A stretch of 64,000 nucleotides of DNA, from contig DLNC01000015.1 of the NCBI GenBank assembly GCA_002478265.1, forward strand, positions 19,885-83,884, written 5' to 3'. A program made the translations under genes and the position numbers. Shown piece by piece: positions 38,991 to 47,626 of the stretch; the stretch's first letter is position 1, and each line of letters starts with the position of its first letter. A model generated the notes under the pieces. That model made no database searches, was not told the origin of the DNA, and worked only from the letters and a program-made list of their open reading frames with translations. This DNA is from Syntrophaceae bacterium UBA7520. GTDB taxonomy: Bacteria; Desulfobacterota; Syntrophia; Syntrophales; Smithellaceae.

Positions 38991-40535
38991 ATGAAAAAAA
39001 ATATTTCTGATAGCTATGATGCGATTATTGTCGGTTGTGGAATTGCCGGTTCGGCCTGTGGCGCGCTCCTTGCGGCAATGGATCAAAAGAAAGTTCTTAT
39101 TCTTGAGAAGGCTTCGCAGATCGGCGGCAGGGCAACATCATTTCGCGGCGAAGCTGTTACGGACGCCACAAAGTTTCGCAAGACACTGGCCGTGTGCGCG
39201 CATTCCTGGGTCAGCGACAGAACGCGGCCTGGTCTGGACACTATGATAAAAAAGAAAATGCTCAAAGGCTATGTCCTGGAAGCGGGCGGCCGCGGCGCCT
39301 GGTTTACCAACCGGGGCCGTGTCAGTCAGGCGCTGTCTCTCTTTAACAAGGCTTCAATTTTTTATCCTAACGAAGGTTTTGTCTGGTATGATCATGAATG
39401 GAAACCGCACATCATCGGGCGGAAAAACAAATACGGCTGGATGAGTGATGAAGATTACGCGGAGATGGTAAAAGTTCATAAACGCAAGCTCCAGTTGCGA
39501 ACAATAGCCGACGCGGAAAAATTAGACCATGTAACCCTCAAAGACTGGGTGGAAGGCATAACCTCAAATGCACTGGCACAGGAGTTCCACTATACCATGG
39601 GAACTTTTCAGACAATAATCAATGACCCGGCGCTAAACTCCGCCGGAGAAAATCTGAAAGTGTTTCTGCAGGTGCAGGAAACAGGAGTGCATATCACGAA
39701 TGGTTCCTGGGCATTTGCGGGTTCACCGGGTCATCGCTTTATCAGCGAAGGATTTGCCACCGCGGCCCAGGACAACGGAGCGGACGTTGTGACAGAAGCC
39801 GCGGTCAAAGAAATCATCATTGAAAAGGGAAAGACAAGCGGCGTAATGGTCAAAACAGGCGGCAAAGTACTGAAAATCAAGGCGCCGACAGTAATTTGCA
39901 CTTTGCCGCCCAAGGAATTGTTGAAGCTGATTCCGGAAACTCTACTTTCGCCGGAGTTTGTCAGGTTGGCCAAAAGAATAATTCATACTTCTATGGTCGC
40001 GGCCCAGATTGGCATGAACAAGCCACTGCACGAATTCTGCGGGATCAATGTTGACCCGCGCTCTTTTTATCATACGTCTATGTTGATTCCCGAAAGCGAA
40101 GGCCTTTTCCGGGGGAATGTGCCGTTGGATATTATTGCCATGTCGGCAATAGCACCCACCAGTGCGCCGGAAGGCAAGCACTTGATGGGTATGGCCAGCA
40201 GCATTTTGGCAGACGAAGCACATGATAAAAAGAAAGTTAATGTTGTTATTGATCGGATGCTTAAGTTTATGGATACGGCATTCAAGGGTTGGCAAAAATC
40301 GGTAGAGTGGATGCTCTTTACCGTGGGCGATACATGCATTCTCTGGAGGCATCCTGAAAATGAATGGGCAGACGTGAAATGCGCCACCATCGAGGGCTTA
40401 TATTTTGCCGGTGATACTTATGGAAAGCGTATAAATGAGGGCGGTGTCGAAGGGGCGGTACACTCCGCTTTTATTTGCGCGGGCGCCGTAAGCGGCAAAG
40501 ATTATCTGCAGTATTTGCCCTCTGTTTTTCGTTAA
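38991..40535 (+). CDS. FAD/NAD(P)-binding oxidoreductase (phytoene-desaturase-like family)
   Basis: N-terminal dinucleotide fold YDAIIVGCGIAGSACGALLA...LEKASQIGGRA; C-terminal LYFAGDTY motif. Confidence 0.75.
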   Translation: MKKNISDSYDAIIVGCGIAGSACGALLAAMDQKKVLILEKASQIGGRATSFRGEAVTDATKFRKTLAVCAHSWVSDRTRPGLDTMIKKKMLKGYVLEAGGRGAWFTNRGRVSQALSLFNKASIFYPNEGFVWYDHEWKPHIIGRKNKYGWMSDEDYAEMVKVHKRKLQLRTIADAEKLDHVTLKDWVEGITSNALAQEFHYTMGTFQTIINDPALNSAGENLKVFLQVQETGVHITNGSWAFAGSPGHRFISEGFATAAQDNGADVVTEAAVKEIIIEKGKTSGVMVKTGGKVLKIKAPTVICTLPPKELLKLIPETLLSPEFVRLAKRIIHTSMVAAQIGMNKPLHEFCGINVDPRSFYHTSMLIPESEGLFRGNVPLDIIAMSAIAPTSAPEGKHLMGMASSILADEAHDKKKVNVVIDRMLKFMDTAFKGWQKSVEWMLFTVGDTCILWRHPENEWADVKCATIEGLYFAGDTYGKRINEGGVEGAVHSAFICAGAVSGKDYLQYLPSVFR

Positions 40536-40543
40536 ATCATGTT

Positions 40544-41269
40544 ATGAAAAATTTACTCAATCCTCTGCGTGTCGCCTGGTTGGCTCTTTGGGCGGCAGTG
40601 GCAACTTTGGTATTAGCTGTTCCCATCATTGCCGCGGGGCTGCTTAGCCGCATGGGCAATCTCGCGTTTACGCTTTCCAAACTGTGGGCATACACCATGT
40701 TGGCGGTTTCTTTTGTCCGCGTGGAAATAAAAAATAAAGAAAAGATTCAGAAGGGGACATCATATATCATCATTTCCAATCACCAGTCGCATTTTGACAT
40801 TCTTGCGCTGGTGACGACTCTGGGAATACAGTACCGCTGGTTTATTAAAAGGGAGGTGCTGATGTTGCCGCTCTTTGGTTATGGTCTGTACGCTTCCCGG
40901 AATATTTTTATCGACCGCTCCGATACCGCCAGGGCGATAGAAAGCATCAACAAGGGAATCAGGCGCCTGCCCAAAGGCGTAAGCGTCATGGTCTTTGCCG
41001 AAGGAACCAGATCGCCGGACGGTAGGATTCATGAATTTAAAAAAGGCGGCTTCATGGTTGCCGTGGCGCATAAAATGCCGATTTTGCCCGTTACCGTCTC
41101 TGGCAGCAGGCAAGTCATGCCCAAGGGAAGCCTTGTTTTCAGTCCGGGAAAGATTCGCGTCGTCGTCGGTGCTCCGATTGATACAAGGGATTATAGCATA
41201 GAAAAGGTGGATAAACTGATTGCTAAAACGCGGCAGGTGATAATGGATAATTTTGATGCGGGAAAATAA
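40544..41269 (+). CDS. plsC: 1-acyl-sn-glycerol-3-phosphate acyltransferase
   Basis: NHQSHFDI (HX4D) and FAEGTRS motifs. The ATG at 40544 gives an N-terminal TM helix; the longer ORF from 40475 overlaps the previous gene. Confidence 0.85.
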   Translation: MKNLLNPLRVAWLALWAAVATLVLAVPIIAAGLLSRMGNLAFTLSKLWAYTMLAVSFVRVEIKNKEKIQKGTSYIIISNHQSHFDILALVTTLGIQYRWFIKREVLMLPLFGYGLYASRNIFIDRSDTARAIESINKGIRRLPKGVSVMVFAEGTRSPDGRIHEFKKGGFMVAVAHKMPILPVTVSGSRQVMPKGSLVFSPGKIRVVVGAPIDTRDYSIEKVDKLIAKTRQVIMDNFDAGK

Positions 41270-41481
41270 TAGCGCGCATCATGTTTCACTAGAAAGACCA
41301 TCATTAACCTCCGGTTGATTTTTAATATAAGACATTGATAAAGAATCACGTGCAATAAACATCGCCGGCGTCTAATATAAGTTAGTTCAAGAAAACTTGG
41401 AGCGTAAAAAAATATTCAGCAAAAGATTGAGGTCTTTAGAAAACGCAGATAATCTGGAAAATATGATCATTTAAATATTTC

Positions 41482-41510
41482 TTGACTTTGCGCGCGCAGT
41501 AGTGTAGCGT
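41482..41510 (+). promoter_or_regulatory. candidate promoter for cspA with long leader
   Basis: TTGACT (41482-41487), N17 spacer, TAGCGT (41505-41510); the -10 is weak. It would give a leader of roughly 180 nt. Confidence 0.3.
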
Positions 41511-41693
41511 CTGCGCATATCTTGTACCGGGCGATGGTCATTGTAGGTAGTACGGTACAGTTAAAGTTGAGTTAGAACCATTTGAAGTGCAAAGGCGGCC
41601 ACCATGCTCTTTATGGGCTTGGCGGCTTTTTTTATGTCTGTCATGTTGGTAATTCGACTTTGGGTAAATTTGTGAGAAAGGAGGATACTGATT

Positions 41694-41894
41694 ATGTCAG
41701 AAGGTAAAGTAAAATGGTTTAATGAAAGTAAAGGTTTTGGATTTATCGAGAAGAATGATGGCGGGGATATTTTCGTTCATTTCAGCGCTATTCAGTCCAG
41801 CGGTTTCAAGACTTTGACCGAAGGCCAGGCGGTAAAATTTGATGTTGTTCAGGGCAAAAAAGGCCCGGCGGCAGAAAATGTGATTATCTGCTAA
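41694..41894 (+). CDS. cspA: cold-shock protein (CSD, CspA family)
   Basis: [15 protein letters not shown] (RNP1) and DIFVHFS (RNP2); 66 aa; AAGGAGG SD. Confidence 0.95.
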   Translation: MSEGKVKWFNESKGFGFIEKNDGGDIFVHFSAIQSSGFKTLTEGQAVKFDVVQGKKGPAAENVIIC

Positions 41895-41916
41895 GAAAAA
41901 ATCTTGTCAGAAAATG

Positions 41917-41960
41917 GACGCTCCATGACTATATTTTGGTTATGGGGCGTCTTTTGTTTT
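41917..41960 (+). terminator. rho-independent terminator after cspA
   Basis: gacgctccat (41917-41926) / atggggcgtc (41942-41951) with one G-U pair, followed by cttttgtttt. Confidence 0.65.
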
Positions 41961-42094
41961 CGGGTAATTTGCTTTCCGCTATTTTTCTCAGATGAACCAT
42001 TCATTTTAACTATCTCTTGTTTCCTTAAAAAATTAACTGCATTTCCCTTCTGGTAATATGATATAGAGATAGTATATATAATCAGGAGGCGAAA

Positions 42095-42742
42095 ATGATT
42101 ACGCGAAAAAAATTAGTTGTGTGCCTTTTTTTTGGAGTTATTGTTTTGAACGGCTGCGCGGTGGGAAATGTATATAATTTTACTGATACCAGAGCGGAGA
42201 TAAAATATTCTCCCGCGAATGGTAAAAACGCGGCGGTAGCGACGCATGACCAGCGGCCCGATGTAATTAAAGGAATTTGTGATCCTTCCTATGTCGGCAT
42301 GCAGAGAGCCGGATTCGGCAATCCCTGGCGCGTGCACACAGCCAGCGGTCTGCCTTTCGCAGATGATTTGACCAAAGCGGTCGCGGAGTCTTTGGCGCAG
42401 AAGGGTTATCGGGTAATCCCTGTTTTTGTGAAGCATGACGATGAGCGAGCCAAAGTTACTGAAGCAATGCGTGCCGGAAAAGCGTACAGGAATTTATTAT
42501 TTATTATAAAAAAGTGGGAGTCGGACACCTACACAAACATTGGCCTTGCCTATGAAATAGAATTGAATGTCTTAGATGAAAAACTGAACGTGCTCGCCTC
42601 GATATCCGCGGCGGAAACTAAAACTATTCCTGGCAGTTTTTGGGATCCTCCCAGCGCGGCCCGACGGGAAATACCGCTGGCTTTTCAGCAGATTTTGGAA
42701 ATTTTACTCAACAATCAGAAAATTAGACAGGCGTTACACTAG
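42095..42742 (+). CDS. hypothetical lipoprotein
   Basis: Signal peptide with lipobox VLNGC; GGAGG SD; no family recognised. Confidence 0.6.
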   Translation: MITRKKLVVCLFFGVIVLNGCAVGNVYNFTDTRAEIKYSPANGKNAAVATHDQRPDVIKGICDPSYVGMQRAGFGNPWRVHTASGLPFADDLTKAVAESLAQKGYRVIPVFVKHDDERAKVTEAMRAGKAYRNLLFIIKKWESDTYTNIGLAYEIELNVLDEKLNVLASISAAETKTIPGSFWDPPSAARREIPLAFQQILEILLNNQKIRQALH

Positions 42743-43030
42743 GCTACGATGATAAAATATTTTTTGTTCTTTTGAGGAGCATACAAAAAGGATAAAGCCA
42801 TCAGAAAACATGTTCACACGCAACGTTTGGGCGGCGATGATGAATTAAAAACGGCAGCGTTTTTTCTAGGTTTTCTCGGTGCGGTCTATTGGGCAAGCGC
42901 TATGGAGAATACCAAAGCAGGCTAGATTTCAGGGTGGCTCGGTATGGTTTTTCCCGCAGATAAGCGTTACGGAGCAATGTGCCAAGATCAAATTTAATAA
43001 TAACAACAGGTTAAGCCGGTCAATATTTTC

Positions 43031-43059
43031 TTGACAGGCAAAACTGACCGCTTTATTCT
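43031..43059 (+). promoter_or_regulatory. sigma-70-type promoter in the 457-bp gap upstream of the DUF1566 gene
   Basis: TTGACA (43031-43036), N17 spacer, TATTCT (43054-43059). Confidence 0.35.
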
Positions 43060-43199
43060 CTGCATTCAGTATATACCATGTCCTGCTCGGAATGATGCTC
43101 TTTGAATGCTTGTTGGATTTATCGGATAGAAGGAAGTCGGTATAAAAAGCAGCATCTGAAAAACAGGGCTTTTTTACTAAACAATCAAGGAGGGGTTAG

Positions 43200-43667
43200 A
43201 TGAAAAAAGTTTTTGCTGTTTTATTGTTATTGATCGGTTGTGCCGTATTTGCCTATGCGGCAGAGATCGGTAAAGACGGTAGTTTTGTCGCTTATGATGA
43301 CGGGACGGTATTAGATAAAAAAACGGGCCTGATGTGGGCGGCAAAGGATAATGGAAAAGACATAAACTACGCTGAAGCAAAAAAATATTGCGAAAGCTAT
43401 AAAGGCGGCGGTTATTCTAACTGGCGCATGCCGACACAGAGCGAACTACAGGCATTGGGTGGCGGATCTAAATTTTTTAAAACCGCCTGCGGATATGAAG
43501 CTTACCTGACAAACTTAATCGGCTTATCGTGTGTTTTTGTCTGGGCGGCAGAAACATTCGGCAACGAAGCGGGCAGTTTCTATTTTGGACCGGAAGGCGG
43601 GCAGGAGTTTATGGTTAAGCAGTCAACAACGAAAAACTATCGGGCGCTGCCGGTAAGAAATAAATAA
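43200..43667 (+). CDS. secreted DUF1566 (Lcl C-terminal-like) domain protein
   Basis: Signal peptide; GLMWAAKDNGKDINYAEAKKYCESYKGGGYSNWRMPTQSELQAL matches the DUF1566 pattern. Confidence 0.7.
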   Translation: MKKVFAVLLLLIGCAVFAYAAEIGKDGSFVAYDDGTVLDKKTGLMWAAKDNGKDINYAEAKKYCESYKGGGYSNWRMPTQSELQALGGGSKFFKTACGYEAYLTNLIGLSCVFVWAAETFGNEAGSFYFGPEGGQEFMVKQSTTKNYRALPVRNK

Positions 43668-43687
43668 AGTATCAGACACTCATCATT

Positions 43688-43730
43688 AAAAAAGGCGCTG
43701 AGCATGGGTTAATGTTCAGCGCCTTTTTTA
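43688..43730. terminator. bidirectional rho-independent terminator between convergent secreted-protein genes
   Basis: aaaaaggcgctga / tcagcgccttttt hairpin (stems 43689-43701 and 43716-43728) with A/T runs on both sides. Confidence 0.7.
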
Positions 43731-43739
43731 TTAGCGTAT

Positions 43740-45131
43740 TTACCTGCGCAGATATTTAAAACTTGGGCCTGGCCTGCCGACAAAGCAGGAGCGGTTGAAG
43801 TCGTATTTTTTGATAATGGCCAGCGCCTGCCGGGCTTCAGATTCCTTATTGCCAAAGCTGAACATCCAATGGCTGCCATCGACAATTTTCCAGTCGCCGT
43901 TAATGAGTTTTACTTCCGTTGTTGCCGGATTAAAACTGATGCAATCTTCGCCGGGGAAACTGCCGGTGGGCGCATTTGAATTAACTAGCATATACTGGAA
44001 AGACGGGTCCGGGCGTCCGACAAAGCATGACTGGTTCATGCGGTAGTGTTTTATTATTCTCAACGCTTTGTTGGTTTCCTCTTTTTTATCGCCAAAGCTG
44101 AACATCCAATGGCTGCCATCGACAATTTTCCAGTCGCCATTGATAAATTTTCCATCCGTTGTCGCCGGATTGAAGGAAATGCAGTCTTCGCGCACGTCTG
44201 CCTGAGGCTGCGGCAGAGGCTGGGGTAGCGGTTGTGGTTGAGACTGCGGTTCGGGTCTCGGAAGAGGACGCGGCAAAGGCATTGGACGCAGCGGCGGTCT
44301 TTCCGTCTGCTGGCATATGCCTCTGGGATCGACATTTATTATATTAGATGAATCGTTGTTATCCTCTCTTTGCTCGTCAACCAGATTCAATGGGTCGGCG
44401 ATGGCTTTGAAAGGATGCGGCGCGGCGCCTGTAATATGATCCGGGTCACCCTTCAGATAGTAAACAGGAATTGTGGCTGTGTGAGTGCCGCCGGGCGGAA
44501 TAGCGGGCAGTGGCACGCCATTTCCCCAGCCATTGCCGTGCTGGTCCATGGCCTGAACAAGCGCCTTGCCGGGAAGGGAAGGCGATGCGGCAGAGCCGAT
44601 ATTGGCGATGGTTACCTGAAAGCTAAATATAACATTGTTCGGTTCACATTTTCCCCAGTCACTCAGGCCAAAAGATCTGATGACCAGATCGGGTTTTTGC
44701 TGTGCGGCGGCCTGGCAGCTAACCGAGAAATTTGCCTTATTTGATTCCAGATCCTGAGGATAAACAACTTTGATGGCTTGCCAGCCAGTATAGGAAGGCA
44801 AGCCCGGTCCGCCCAATTGCCAGGTGGTGCGCACGGGCTGGGCGCCGTCTCTGTTAAAAGTTAATGTCTGCACCGGGGCGGAAGCGCCGTCGCTGCGTAT
44901 GAACTTATATTGAAGTCTCAAGGGCGGTCGGGTAAGATTTCGAACGGAAATAAATCCTTCAAATTCAATTTTTGCCGGGCAGGAGCCGGAATATGAAGGC
45001 GGTACTGCTTTTAATTGCGCGGAGATGAGTGGTTGGGCTTTTGCTTGTAAAATGCCGCCAAACAAAAACAGACACCCGATAAATAATATGAAACCCGTTG
45101 CGGCTACCTTTTTCATGATTGCCTTTTTCAT
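43740..45131 (-). CDS. secreted multidomain protein: Ig-like + CARDB-like domains, Pro-rich linker, two tandem Cys-bracketed C-terminal repeats
   Basis: Signal peptide. CARDB-like KPDLVIRSFG...FQVTIANIGSAAS. Linker RPPLRPMPLPRPLPRPEPQSQPQPLPQPLPQPQ. Two repeats beginning EDCISFNPATT. Confidence 0.7.
   Translation of the reverse strand: MKKAIMKKVAATGFILFIGCLFLFGGILQAKAQPLISAQLKAVPPSYSGSCPAKIEFEGFISVRNLTRPPLRLQYKFIRSDGASAPVQTLTFNRDGAQPVRTTWQLGGPGLPSYTGWQAIKVVYPQDLESNKANFSVSCQAAAQQKPDLVIRSFGLSDWGKCEPNNVIFSFQVTIANIGSAASPSLPGKALVQAMDQHGNGWGNGVPLPAIPPGGTHTATIPVYYLKGDPDHITGAAPHPFKAIADPLNLVDEQREDNNDSSNIINVDPRGICQQTERPPLRPMPLPRPLPRPEPQSQPQPLPQPLPQPQADVREDCISFNPATTDGKFINGDWKIVDGSHWMFSFGDKKEETNKALRIIKHYRMNQSCFVGRPDPSFQYMLVNSNAPTGSFPGEDCISFNPATTEVKLINGDWKIVDGSHWMFSFGNKESEARQALAIIKKYDFNRSCFVGRPGPSFKYLRR
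43743..44189 (-). repeat. 240-bp in-frame tandem duplication (two 69-80 aa protein repeats)
   Basis: 43851-43898 is identical to 44091-44138 (48 bp, offset exactly 240). The protein repeats are 50/69 identical by hand count. Confidence 0.8.
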
Positions 45132-45520
45132 AACTTTTCTCCTGTTCTGTTTTTTGTTTTTTTGATGTTTTTTGATTTTCTCTTGTTGCGCGCCGGTAAT
45201 TGCCGCCGATCACCTCCTTTTTTAATAGAATAATAAGATGGCGATTTCTCCGGGATATTTATAGCACCATTTTATATCACAAAAAACACTTATTTTTAGC
45301 GGCTATTAACTTGATATTATTGGGTAAAATATAAATAAATTTTTGCAGTTATGCTATTGAAAACCAACGCGGTTCATAAATATCCGAACTTGCAACTTTA
45401 TTATAATTAATATTTTTTGTAGTGTAATTTATCTTAAATTTGTTCTATAGTAGCTGCGTAAAAAAATTGTAAAAAACGTTTTCAAAATATTATATCGGCC
45501 GGAAAGGAGCTTAGCATAAT

Positions 45521-45706
45521 ATGGACAGCGATTTTTGGGTACATCTGATTGCGTTGATTGTCGGAATAGTTATTATTTTGATCATTACCAGAAAATACCG
45601 GAAATTCAGTCTGGTAGAAACGGCGGGCATGATTATCCTTTACGCCGCGCTCGTATTGCTATTTACATCGCCGATTATCAACTTGGTGAAAAAATTCATT
45701 GAATGA
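45521..45706 (+). CDS. small membrane protein, paralog family member 3 (2 TM core, no signal peptide)
   Basis: 61 aa; aligns ungapped to the C-terminal 61 aa of the 91-aa paralogs (24/61 identical to member 2). AAAGGAG SD; ATGA overlap with the uvrC start. Confidence 0.5.
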   Translation: MDSDFWVHLIALIVGIVIILIITRKYRKFSLVETAGMIILYAALVLLFTSPIINLVKKFIE

Positions 45707-47523
45707 AGAAAGAAGTTGCATCTGTTCCACGCTTGCCCGGCGTGTATATGATGAAAGACGCGCAGGGCAAGGTCATTTATATTGGTAAAGCCAATAATTT
45801 AAAAACTCGCATAAATTCTTATTATACCGGTAAAGATACGCGCCCGATGGCTCCTTTTCTGATGGCGCGGACGAAAAACGTCGAATTTATTGCCACCTCA
45901 ACCCCAAAAGAAGCACTGATTCTTGAAAACAATCTGATAAAAAAACATCATCCCCGCTATAACGTGGTGCTGCGCGATGATAAAACCTACTACCACCTCT
46001 GTCTGGATCCCACCGAAAAATATCCGCGCTTGCAACTGGCGCGTAAAAAGCTGAATAATAGAGCTATGTATTTTGGTCCATATCCATCGGGATTGTCGGC
46101 CAAAGAAACGCTCCGCTTCGTGCAGCAAATATTTCCCTTGCGTTCCTGCCGCGACAGGGACTTTAAATTAAGGCCGCGTCCCTGCCTGGAATATCAGATC
46201 GGCCGCTGTCTGGCACCTTGCCGGCAATTTATTGATGAAGAAAATTACAGGCAATTAGTTGAAGGCGCCGTCGCTTTTTTGCGGGGGCGACGCAAGAAAC
46301 TGCTTAGTGATCTGACTAAACAGATGGAAGATGCGTCGCAATCTTTAAGATATGAAGAGGCGGCACGCTTGCGCGATCGTATAGTCGCTTTACGGCACGT
46401 GTTGGAAAAGCAACATGTAGATTTAACCGATCGGCGCGAACTGGATGTCGTGGGTGTTTACGCCGCCGCGGATGTTTATACGCTGTGTCTTTTATTTGTT
46501 CGCGACGGCAAAATGCTTGGTTCAAAATCATTCACACCGGTAAAAACAAGAGCCGATTTGCCCGAAATCGTGTCATCGGTACTGCAACAATATTATATGG
46601 AGGCGGATTTGCCGGATGAAATCATCGTGCCCTGCGAGCTTCCTGATGAAATTGTTTTTCGCGAATGGCTATCCGAAAAAAAAGGCAAAAAAATAAAAAT
46701 TACAGCCGCCCGGAAGGGTGCGAAAAAGGCTCTCCTTGATATGGCATGTGCCAATGCCCGAGAAATAGACGCCGCATCGCGGGATAAAGATGAACAAAAA
46801 AAAGCCGTATTGGAACTGTTGCAAGAAAAGCTAGGCCTCAGTAATCTGCCGCGAAGAATAGAATGCTTCGATATCTCCGATATTGGTGGCAAAAACGCAG
46901 TGGGTTCTATGGTGGTTTTTAGCAATGGAGAGCCAGACAGAGCAGCTTACCGGCGTTTCCGCATCAGAAATATGGATCAACTGGATGACTACTCTATGAT
47001 GCGGGAAGTGTTGAGCCGGCGGTTTAACGTTCCTGATACAGTTCCCGATTTACTGGTAGTAGATGGAGGAAAGGGACAGCTTAATATCGCTCTCGCTGTG
47101 CTGAATGAATTGAAAATACAAACAGACGTCATCGGTTTGGCAAAGGAGGAGCGCAAAACATTTTCCACGAAGGGCGTGATGAAAAAGAAAGAAAGCCTTA
47201 AGCGGGACCGTGTTTATCTGCGGGGAAGAAAAGATGCCCTCATGCTCAACTCATCGCCTGCCGCGTTAACTCTTCTGCAGAGGATACGCGATGAAGCGCA
47301 TCGCTTCGCCCTGCATTATCATCGAAAATTAAGGCAGAAGGATAATTTGAAATCTGTGTTGGATGAAATACCGGACATAGGCGAGCGGCGGAAAAAAATA
47401 TTGCTAGAGCGTTTTGGTTCCGCAAAAAAGATAAAGGAAGCATCGTTAAACGATTTGCAAAATGTACCAGGAATAGGTAAAGGTCTGGCAACAAAAATTT
47501 ATCAGGCATTATCGAATGACTAA
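45703..47523 (+). CDS. uvrC: excinuclease ABC subunit C
   Basis: GIY-YIG N-terminus (GVYMMKDAQGKVIYIGKANNLKTRINSY), UVR domain (LRYEEAARLRDRI), C-terminal HhH (PGIGKGLATKI). Confidence 0.95.
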   Translation: MKKEVASVPRLPGVYMMKDAQGKVIYIGKANNLKTRINSYYTGKDTRPMAPFLMARTKNVEFIATSTPKEALILENNLIKKHHPRYNVVLRDDKTYYHLCLDPTEKYPRLQLARKKLNNRAMYFGPYPSGLSAKETLRFVQQIFPLRSCRDRDFKLRPRPCLEYQIGRCLAPCRQFIDEENYRQLVEGAVAFLRGRRKKLLSDLTKQMEDASQSLRYEEAARLRDRIVALRHVLEKQHVDLTDRRELDVVGVYAAADVYTLCLLFVRDGKMLGSKSFTPVKTRADLPEIVSSVLQQYYMEADLPDEIIVPCELPDEIVFREWLSEKKGKKIKITAARKGAKKALLDMACANAREIDAASRDKDEQKKAVLELLQEKLGLSNLPRRIECFDISDIGGKNAVGSMVVFSNGEPDRAAYRRFRIRNMDQLDDYSMMREVLSRRFNVPDTVPDLLVVDGGKGQLNIALAVLNELKIQTDVIGLAKEERKTFSTKGVMKKKESLKRDRVYLRGRKDALMLNSSPAALTLLQRIRDEAHRFALHYHRKLRQKDNLKSVLDEIPDIGERRKKILLERFGSAKKIKEASLNDLQNVPGIGKGLATKIYQALSND

Positions 47524-47542
47524 TATATAAACACGGTATCTG

Positions 47543-47555
47543 TGATTTATAATCA
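47543..47555. promoter_or_regulatory. Fur-family-like palindromic box upstream of mntP
   Basis: TGATT-TAT-AATCA is a perfect 5-3-5 inverted repeat. It is embedded in a 9-bp direct repeat tctgtgatt (47539-47547 and 47559-47567). Confidence 0.25.
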
Positions 47556-47626
47556 ATTTCTGTGATTGTTGACGTGGTAATAAACCCGGCATGATAAAGG
47601 CAAGTATTTTAAAAGGTAAAATGTTT

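Noticed and set aside
40475-40543. Longer N-terminal extension of plsC given in the ORF track
   Set aside because: The extension overlaps the 3' end of the FAD oxidoreductase gene and encodes an Arg-rich non-membrane peptide. The ATG at 40544 gives the expected TM anchor.
44202-44303. Short-period CCN/CAG DNA repeats that could look like a micro-array
   Set aside because: They are in frame inside the 463-aa CDS and encode a PLPRP/QPQPLP proline-rich linker. This is not a CRISPR or other noncoding repeat array.
44965-45213. 82-aa minus-strand ORF with AAAGGAG just upstream
   Set aside because: The SD-like sequence directly abuts the GTG with no spacer. The ORF overlaps the real signal-peptide-encoding start at 45131 in another frame, and its sequence is Lys/Glu low complexity.
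47524-47626. Possible yybP-ykoY manganese riboswitch upstream of mntP
   Set aside because: The gap is only about 100 nt and lacks the conserved GGGGAGUAG-type core and paired four-helix layout. Only a short palindrome is present, which is reported separately.
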